Source of the DNA: a virus
Lineage: Duplodnaviria > Caudoviricetes
Direction: 5' to 3' (one strand)
IMG/VR virus record: IMGVR_UViG_3300035670_000195
Location: 704 to 64,703 of that record
Length of the DNA stretch: 64,000 nt
The position numbers were made by a program, and so were the translations under genes. Positions 17,958-25,500 of this stretch are shown here, piece by piece. Below the pieces are notes generated by a model that was given only the letters and a program-made list of their open reading frames with translations, was not told where the DNA came from and ran no database searches. Every line of letters begins with the position of its first letter. Position 1 is the first letter of the stretch.

Positions 17958-18297
17958 TGAAGAAACCTTCCTTGTGATAGCCGTAGGTACAATCCAGCCG
18001 ACAGTCTCCGCTCGGCGTGGACACATAGTGATTCCACTTCTTGGTGAACACTCGCAGCGGGAAGTCAAGTCCCGACATCAGTGCATTCAGTCGAGACTGA
18101 GTGGTTCGACTGTGCCACCCACAGTTGTCGATATAGATCGACGGGAAAGTTCCGTCACGGTGGAGAACTTCCGCAATAAGATTGTTGTGCAGATAGATCC
18201 GCACCCAACCATCAATGCACACAACGCGGGTGTTAGACTTGCGATAGTTCGCATAGTTCTTGACAGCCTGAAGCATTTCGTGTTCGATCACTCGCAT
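17950..18297 (-). CDS. early conserved phage protein
   Basis: LHNNLIAE...GWHSRTTQSRLNAL; follows repeat A. Confidence 0.75.
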   Translation of the reverse strand: MRVIEHEMLQAVKNYANYRKSNTRVVCIDGWVRIYLHNNLIAEVLHRDGTFPSIYIDNCGWHSRTTQSRLNALMSGLDFPLRVFTKKWNHYVSTPSGDCRLDCTYGYHKEGFFND

Positions 18298-18301
18298 GAT
18301 T

Positions 18302-18342
18302 CACCTACCTTTCATCCTCCCTCCCGTCGAGGGGGAGGGTAT
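18302..18342 (-). repeat. early intergenic repeat A copy 2
   Basis: Identical to 16316-16356. Confidence 0.9.
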
Positions 18343-18365
18343 AACAGTTTGGTAGACAGTTTTTT

Positions 18366-18629
18366 TTACAGCTCAGCGACAGCCGCAAGATACTTCACGA
18401 CCTCATCGGCAGACAGATGTCCGACAACATCTCCGCTACTGTAGCCAGGGACAGTCACGGGATTACCCGTGGCATCATCCCACGCCCACACTTCGGCGGT
18501 GGTCACACCTTGGTCACAGTAGTTGAAAGTTCCGAACGCAACACTTGCTCGGACACCATTGGCGAACACCATCTGGAAACCCTGACGAACACAGTCATTG
18601 GTAGCGTGGTTGTTGTATGCGTGAAACAT
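18366..18629 (-). CDS. early hypothetical protein
   Basis: FANGVRASV, VVGHLSADEV; SD GGAGG. Confidence 0.7.
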   Translation of the reverse strand: MFHAYNNHATNDCVRQGFQMVFANGVRASVAFGTFNYCDQGVTTAEVWAWDDATGNPVTVPGYSSGDVVGHLSADEVVKYLAAVAEL

Positions 18630-18716
18630 TTCAGTCCTCCAGAAAGAGATTGACCAGACACATCACACCACACACGAGAAGACACAGTGCGCCACCCATA
18701 GCGCAGAGATAGATGG

Positions 18717-19022
18717 TCATTCCACCTCCTCCCCCCACATTTCCCGATAGTCGGGAGCGACATCGTGGGGCACAAGGTAGACATTGTCCGCACCGATAGT
18801 GTCGATGCACTTGATGTCCGCGAAAGACACCCCGAAACTGCGGGGGTCGACAGTGTGCGCCGACACTTGCTCGCCGACATCGCAGCGAACAAAGTATACC
18901 CGCTCAGTGCGTGTAACATAGTCGCCGCACGAACACACCTCACGACACACGGGCGGACACTCGTCCGACACTTCAATGACATTTCCCGTGCAAGACTTCG
19001 TGATGTAGACACACTCGAGCAT
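18717..19022 (-). CDS. early Cys-rich hypothetical protein
   Basis: SD GGAGG at the end of repeat B. Confidence 0.6.
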   Translation of the reverse strand: MLECVYITKSCTGNVIEVSDECPPVCREVCSCGDYVTRTERVYFVRCDVGEQVSAHTVDPRSFGVSFADIKCIDTIGADNVYLVPHDVAPDYREMWGEEVE

Positions 19023-19030
19023 TGCGTAGC

Positions 19031-19099
19031 CTCCGTTGGTTTGCGGACAGTCTGACACGAAAGGATTGTGTGGGATAGTTTCACCCACACACTCCGAGA
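19031..19099 (-). repeat. early intergenic repeat B copy 1
   Basis: 69 bp identical to 19716-19784; hairpin TGTGTGGG/CCCACACA. Confidence 0.92.
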
Positions 19100-19100
19100 T

Positions 19101-19415
19101 TCACCAGTCGTTGAACTCGACCACGATATCTCCCGCCCACAGTGCGGGATTGTTCCAATCCGTTTCCCAGAACTTTCGCGCCTGCTGTTCGCAGCGATAG
19201 TTCGTTCGCACAGTGTCGAGATACCGTGCGATACGCTCGACAGTATCGTGAAGGTTCTCGTCCGACACTCCGCACAACACATGCACCGACCTTTCGTTGT
19301 CGGTAATGATCCCGTCGACACACTTCAGGAAAGACACCTTCACCGACATTTCCCCGACAGCGTCGGGCAGAAGCGCGAAGATAGTGTCGACAATGTTGAG
19401 GTCGTTGTTCTTCAT
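19101..19415 (-). CDS. early hypothetical protein
   Basis: SD AAGGAG, MKNNDLN start. Confidence 0.65.
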   Translation of the reverse strand: MKNNDLNIVDTIFALLPDAVGEMSVKVSFLKCVDGIITDNERSVHVLCGVSDENLHDTVERIARYLDTVRTNYRCEQQARKFWETDWNNPALWAGDIVVEFNDW

Positions 19416-19446
19416 GGTACAGTTCTCCTTAGTTTCACCCGCACAC

Positions 19447-19707
19447 TTACAGATACATCGCGACGATGATAGTGTTATCATAGCCGCTGCCGATCTTCGT
19501 GATACGCATACCGTCGACCTCGACAGTATCGACAATCACTTCGGGATAGAAGTTCTTGAAGTGGACGGTCAACAGTTCGTTGATATTTCCGTCGATATGC
19601 CGTTCGGCAAAGGTTTCCCCACAGCCTCGGATAGCCGTCCGACAGTTTCCGACAGGCATCATCGACAGACTGCGGATAGCGGTGGCGAGAACATTCAGGG
19701 TCGACAT
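19447..19707 (-). CDS. early hypothetical protein
   Basis: SD GGAG at the end of repeat B. Confidence 0.65.
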   Translation of the reverse strand: MSTLNVLATAIRSLSMMPVGNCRTAIRGCGETFAERHIDGNINELLTVHFKNFYPEVIVDTVEVDGMRITKIGSGYDNTIIVAMYL

Positions 19708-19715
19708 AGTTCGAT

Positions 19716-19784
19716 CTCCGTTGGTTTGCGGACAGTCTGACACGAAAGGATTGTGTGGGATAGTTTCACCCACACACTCCGAGA
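19716..19784 (-). repeat. early intergenic repeat B copy 2
   Basis: Identical to 19031-19099. Confidence 0.92.
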
Positions 19785-19786
19785 GT

Positions 19787-20083
19787 TCACGGGAACATCT
19801 TCTCCAACACCTTGCGGACAGCGACCGTGTCGATACTGCGGAACACTTCCACACACTTCGCCTTCTTGCATGACAGATAGCCTACGCCATCACATCCCCA
19901 CCGATACCCTCGTCCTGGAAAGAACGCGACAGTGTTTCGGACAGTTGGCGCGACATTGTCGAACTCTTCATCCGTCTTAGTGTGGCGAGCCACAATGAGA
20001 GTTCCGTCGAGATAGTCCACCCAACAACCCATCTCGCGAAGATTGTCGATAGCCGCACGGACACTTTGTTCAGTCTTCGTCAT
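19787..20083 (-). CDS. early hypothetical protein
   Basis: 98 aa, SD-like GAAAGG. Confidence 0.65.
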   Translation of the reverse strand: MTKTEQSVRAAIDNLREMGCWVDYLDGTLIVARHTKTDEEFDNVAPTVRNTVAFFPGRGYRWGCDGVGYLSCKKAKCVEVFRSIDTVAVRKVLEKMFP

Positions 20084-20095
20084 ACTTGCCGCCTT

Positions 20096-20281
20096 TCAGT
20101 TAGAGAAAGTCTTCGCAAACTTCACACGGGCACAAAGGAACGCGACAGCCGCCTTCCGAGTGTATCCACACTTTCGGATAGCCTCGACAGCGGCATCATA
20201 GTTAGCCTTCACAGCGCATCCCGCAAAGTTAGCGATAGCACGGTTCGCACACTCAATCTGGAAAGCCGTAGGCTTTGGCAT
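20096..20281 (-). CDS. early small basic protein
   Basis: SD GGAG, MPKPTAFQ start. Confidence 0.6.
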   Translation of the reverse strand: MPKPTAFQIECANRAIANFAGCAVKANYDAAVEAIRKCGYTRKAAVAFLCARVKFAKTFSN

Positions 20282-20387
20282 GGATTGTCTCCGATAGACG
20301 ACGGATACCCTAGGCAACATACCTTTGGGCGAAAGGGGAGAATACCCGTTAGGGTATCCTCCCCGAGAGTTGGGGGGGGCGGACAGT

Positions 20388-20843
20388 TCAGGCGACAGTC
20401 GCGGGAACCTTGAACATATCGTCCATCGACAGATTGACAGACAGACGCTTTCCAGCCTTCGACTTCGACTGCGGGACAGTGCGAGCGGGGACAAGGTACG
20501 CGTAACCGTTCGCGTTCCACCAGTCGGTGACATGCGACGCGACAGTCTTCGCGTGACCACCACCCTTGCCTGCGAGTCCGATACCGTCGTTCTCGATAGC
20601 GGCGTAGATATCGAGGAGCGAGAACGCGGAACGACAGTGCGGATTGAACGGATCGGAGACGAGTCCGTTGACGGTCGACATAGACTTGAAAGTCGACGGA
20701 CGACCCGCAGAGTCGCGATTACGCTTCGAGAGATCGGCGGCATAGCCGTCCGAGAAAGTGCGCATGACCTTGCCGCCGATATCCGAGTCAAGGAAGTCAG
20801 CGAAAGTGGCGAACTGCGACGCGATCATAGCGAGAGTAGACAT
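20388..20843 (-). CDS. first early gene, hypothetical
   Basis: SD AAGGAG before MSTLAMI; first ORF after the non-coding end region. Confidence 0.7.
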   Translation of the reverse strand: MSTLAMIASQFATFADFLDSDIGGKVMRTFSDGYAADLSKRNRDSAGRPSTFKSMSTVNGLVSDPFNPHCRSAFSLLDIYAAIENDGIGLAGKGGGHAKTVASHVTDWWNANGYAYLVPARTVPQSKSKAGKRLSVNLSMDDMFKVPATVA

Positions 20844-21202
20844 AGTGCGAAACTCCTTGAAAGTGGCGAAACGAGGGAGGCTACAGTAGCCGCCCCACAA
20901 TGGAAACCGCAGGATAACCGTTAGGATACCCTGCGGGTTAGGGTTTATTTAGTGCGCCGCTCGCGTTCCCGTTATACCGTATGTCGGCAGTGCAGGTTCC
21001 TACCCCATCCGTTGGCACGGGAAACTTAGGCTCACCACCTAAGTTTGCAGGGTAGACTACGCGTCTAAGTGTTCCAGACCTCCGTTACTAGCGCCCAGGG
21101 TAGCCCCATCGTCCATCCGATGGTATTTCCCGACGACTTTCGACCCGTTAGGGTCTATCCTAATCCGCGAATCTTCGCGGAGGACAAGAGGAACACAGTT
21201 TA

Positions 21203-21226
21203 AGTTGTCAAAGAACCGCCGAAGCG
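21203..21226 (-). promoter_or_regulatory. boxB-like UUCG hairpin plus boxA-like antiterminator
   Basis: CGC-TTCG-GCG directly followed by GTTCTTTGACAACT. Confidence 0.55.
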
Positions 21227-21321
21227 ATACCTTCCTCCCTACGGCGGGGAGGGTATGCGGGGAAGTGGGGCAAGATTCCGCAAGATTCTTTGCGGCATAG
21301 TTTGCAAGGTTTCTTCGCGTT

Positions 21322-21367
21322 GGGGCGGGGGGGATCACAGGGGGGGATAGGGGGGGTTGATGGGGGG
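21322..21367 (+). repeat. five G-tracts (G-quadruplex-capable)
   Basis: G4-C-G7-ATCACA-G7-ATA-G7-TTGAT-G6. Confidence 0.75.
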
Positions 21368-21514
21368 CCGCTGCTTGGTAAGCCCCTCTTTACAAATTTC
21401 TGACACCTAAACGTTTTTAGAAACCCCAGCGATACCCTTTCGGGTACCGTGGGATAGATAGTAACCACTCCCTGCTGGACGGGGGTCAGCTGTTATGGGG
21501 TGGTGCGGTGACGA

Positions 21515-22159
21515 TTATCGTCTGCGTCTGCTGACTAGGCCAGCTAGACCAAGGAGTGCAACGACTCCAGGAGTTGGGGCAGAAAGTACAAATGAACCTC
21601 CTGCCGTGTTTCCGATGTTGTTTGGTAGTGGGGACCATACACCCCAGTTCTGACTTGTTTGCCAGAAGTTGTCTGCATCTACACCTTCAGCCCAAACAAA
21701 CTGATCTCCAGCGCTATCGTCTAGGATAGCTCCGATATTCATGGCAAAGGTTCCAGAGTCAAGCTGCAAGTCCGATAGTGGAATTGCAAACTCGTATACT
21801 GCTTCACCGTAAAGATTGTATGTATCGGTGTTTGCGATTTGAAGTTGATTGATTGAGAACTTATTATTGTAAAGTTGCTTGGTGAATGTTGCGTCCCATA
21901 CAATGATCTGAAAGGATGTAACGTTATCAAGACCCTGACCGTTAAACCCATTCATGGATCCCCACCATCTTAGCGAGCTAAAGTCATAGCTATCTTCCAA
22001 GCTAAACATCTGTGCCCCGCTAGAGGCATAGGTGTATTCTCCATTTGATACAAAAGCATCTGAATAGAATCCTACGCTGTCTGCTACTGGGTTGTTAACA
22101 ACGATAAAGTCTGCATGTGCTACGCCGCTTACCAAACAAATTACTAGTGCCGTCTTCAT
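21515..22159 (-). CDS. secreted protein with PEP-CTERM-like (PxPG-TM-RRRR) sorting signal
   Basis: Signal peptide MKTALVICLVSGVAHA; C-terminus APTPGVVALLGLAGLVSRRRR. Confidence 0.88.
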   Translation of the reverse strand: MKTALVICLVSGVAHADFIVVNNPVADSVGFYSDAFVSNGEYTYASSGAQMFSLEDSYDFSSLRWWGSMNGFNGQGLDNVTSFQIIVWDATFTKQLYNNKFSINQLQIANTDTYNLYGEAVYEFAIPLSDLQLDSGTFAMNIGAILDDSAGDQFVWAEGVDADNFWQTSQNWGVWSPLPNNIGNTAGGSFVLSAPTPGVVALLGLAGLVSRRRR

Positions 22160-22409
22160 AAAAGTTCCTGTTAAATGGTCGAGTGAAATGTCAAATCCAA
22201 ACGCTTGCTCAAACGGTCGAGTGAAAAGCTATCTAGGTTAACCCTAAGGTTATATCCTAAGATTTCTCCTCCCCCCACCCTAAGAATTTTTATTGTTGGA
22301 TTTTTAATTGGCTTATATAATTTACTTCAGCTTACCCCCTATAGGTAAGCTTGCTTTAATTTTAGGTCTTACCATCGACCAAGAAGAATTAAAAACTCTT
22401 TCTTCTTAT

Positions 22410-22423
22410 TACGTCTCGCGTTC
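22410..22423 (-). promoter_or_regulatory. putative phage RNAP promoter (copy 2)
   Basis: GAACGCGAGACGTA core followed by ATAAG. Confidence 0.65.
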
Positions 22424-22477
22424 ATTGGTGGGTTCAATTCCCCATATCAAAATACCCATCTAGAATCCCATTACAGC

Positions 22478-22524
22478 CATTCTAAGCCTAGGGGGTATGG
22501 AGATACCCCCCAAGCGTTAGAATG
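22478..22524 (-). terminator. long hairpin after the giant virion gene
   Basis: CATTCTAA/TTAGAATG outer and GGGGGTAT/ATACCCCC inner stems. Confidence 0.55.
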
Positions 22525-22538
22525 TCTTAGAAAGGATT

Positions 22539-25500
22539 CTAGAAGCCTTCCTTGAGAATATCCTGTAGGACTGTCATTCCCCAGCCAACTCCCTTCATAG
22601 CTCTCTTAGGAGCAGTATCAGCAGGAGCATCAATTAGACCAGGGACTCTAATCTGTTCTTCAAATGTATTGGTATCAGACCAGGTATTATAGGCAGCAAA
22701 GGCTGATTGACGTAATAGGGCTGCTAGGTATTGATATGAACCTAGCATAGGCATACCTGTAGCGATTCTAACAAATGCTTCTACATTGTTATCCTCATAG
22801 GGTTCTTCACCCCTGTACATCCTACCTAGGGCATACACCCCAGCCTCCATAGTCATCAGACCTACGATATGCTTACCGTAGTTGATTGTGCTATAGCGTC
22901 TTCTTCTACCAATTTCCTGAATTGAATGGGACAGCAAGAACTGCATGAAGATAGATAGAGCCTTGGAGTAAACGCTGTTATTTACTCTCTTGTCCAATAG
23001 GGTAGGCTCTGTGTTGGTGTGTCTAGTTGTCATGCCGACATACTGACCCAATGCTGCAATTGCATTATCTACATCATCTACATTGTACTTGGTTTGCTCT
23101 CTAGCCCACCTGTACATCTTAGAGATGTCCAACATCTCATCTGACTTTGTCTTTGGATCTGCTGCCATATCCACAAGGATATCAACAATCTTTGGATTTA
23201 GAATTCCAGCGGTAGAAAGATCCAAGGCTTCCTTTGAGGATAGACCAGCAGAATCTGCCAATCTTTCAAACTCTGCCATGTTTTTAATTGTTCTACCATC
23301 CATCAATTCTACTAGCTTCTTAAAATTCTTTGCGTTTCTTGTCAGATTCATCTGAGCATTATGTACATGGATTGCGGTTGTAACCATGTTAATCCAAGCT
23401 AGAGGAGCGCCAGCAATACTTGCTGGGAATCCAGCATAGTTCAATAGCTTTCTAAACTTGGAGGTTTCAACCTCGTTCACGCCACGAATGGCATTCCACT
23501 GATTGGTCCATGTAGAGAACCAGCCACGTCTTCCACCAAAGGCAACCCCGTGGAAGGGATTGTCTGGTAGGGCTTCGGTTCTAGCCAATAGGGTTTCAGC
23601 GGACATGTTTCTAATCCAGTGATAGGCGGAAGCCATCTGGTTTAGTTTTTCTCTATTACCTCCAAACCCATACCGCATTGCCAGCATAAGGTTAGGGAAG
23701 ATCTGACGAAGCTTTGACTTATTGTGATCGCTAGCTACAATTGCTCTAGACAACTCTGGGACTGAGGACAGGGCGGCTCTTACACCACCAGCCAACAGTA
23801 CGGTATAGCGAGAGTTCAACAGAGCGTCTCGATAGTATGGATCCATAGAGTCTGCGTCTCCGCGACTCATGCCTAGGAATTCCTCCCATACTGCCTTGAC
23901 TCTATCATAACCTTTGTTTACCTGAGCCATAACCTGAGGATCTACATCCCCACGTCTAACTCCCTCGCCAGCGTTCCTAAAGATTTCAATCATATCAAGA
24001 ACGGTAATTCTTACATTACCGCCGAAGAAGTCAGTCATCATCTTTGTAGACAATGCTTCAGTACCTTGACCTCTAAGTAGATCGTTGGTCAATCGCATGA
24101 TATTCTTATCAAAGAACTGAGCCAACTCCCTATCTCTAGCCAGATCATCGTGAGTAATGATTCTCTCCTCGGCATAGTCTCGTCCACCGCCAACAGATTC
24201 TGACCGTGGCTTGACCGACTTGGTGTCGCCCACATCGCCAAAGTTCATGTATCTGTTTCTGGCAATTTCCGCAGCCTGACGAATGACGCTGTAGGATGAA
24301 TCTCTACCAGCGTGAACAGACTTGTAGCTACTCTTATAGTCTTCAGAACTTTCCAAAGCCTTGAATAGTTTGTCTGATTCTTCCTTCGTCAGTTTTTCTA
24401 CGCCGTTCTTCAGAACCTTACGAGCCTCACTCCAAGCAATCTTTTGATCTACTTCCTTATCTGGAAATAGTTTTGCAAGTGGAGAGTTCTCGGTCAAGGA
24501 GATCGAGATAATCTCGTCGCTGCTGTCGGATCGCGTATAGTTAATCCAACCAAGCGCTTCTGATGCAACCGCAGATACTTCACCCTTTTCGTGGGCAAGC
24601 TTACTACGATTTAACATATGCTTATACAAAGCTTCTGCAAACTTCTTTGGATTCTGATAGGCCATCTTTCCAGCCCGACGAACAGTACCGTATTCCTCTG
24701 CTGAGGATGAGGATGATCGTAGACCACCGTACTTAACAAGAGACTCATGTAGCTCCTTGTTAAGATTGTTTACTGAGTCGATTACAGCTAGGATTTCATT
24801 TTTAAATCTAGTACCCTCTGGTAACTCGTCTCGTCTTGCGAGATAATCCCAGGCTGTATCGTTAATATAATTTAATGTCTCCTGATCTGGAGCAACCGCC
24901 TTGACCTTATCGTATGCTTCAATTAGTCCCGACTTCTGATACATTCCTTCAATGATTGAATTAAGCTTATCAATGCTTGGCATATTGAATGCAAGGTTGA
25001 GTTCGCCATCTCGAAGATCCATCATTGGATCGAAGAACTTGGAGATGAACTGAAGGAACATGGAATCGGAATCAGCGGTCTTGCTATAGTCTACAGCGCC
25101 ACCGATAAACTGATTAGCCTTCTTTCCTACTACGCTATCGGTAAACAACGAGAACACACCAGCCGTTTGATTTCTAGTTCCGATTGCCCGCTCTACAGCA
25201 GGCATCATGGTTTCAATCAAGAACAAGGTTCTCTCTTCGTTGTTCATATCGCGGTAGGCCATAGGCTTTTCAATCTTAGCAACGGCTCTAGAAGCTTCTA
25301 GTCTTCTCATGTATTCCAAAGTCTGCTTTACATCGGCAGTATAGAATGCACTGTTGCCGTTTACGATATTAGTCATAGCCTCAAGATCTCTTGGCTCTAG
25401 CTCTTCGTGAAGTCCCATACCCCTGAGGATACGCTGACGTTCATCCGCCGAAACAATAAGATCATCAAGTCTCTGCTCTAAAGCTGAAACATCCTTACCA

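Noticed and set aside
16316-19784. CRISPR array from repeats A and B
   Set aside because: Only two full copies each, separated by whole genes rather than spacers; no cas genes
18503-20791. Long alternative-frame minus ORFs (18503-19321, 20096-20791)
   Set aside because: Ser/Arg-rich by-products of GC- and motif-rich DNA; shorter SD-led ORFs explain the region
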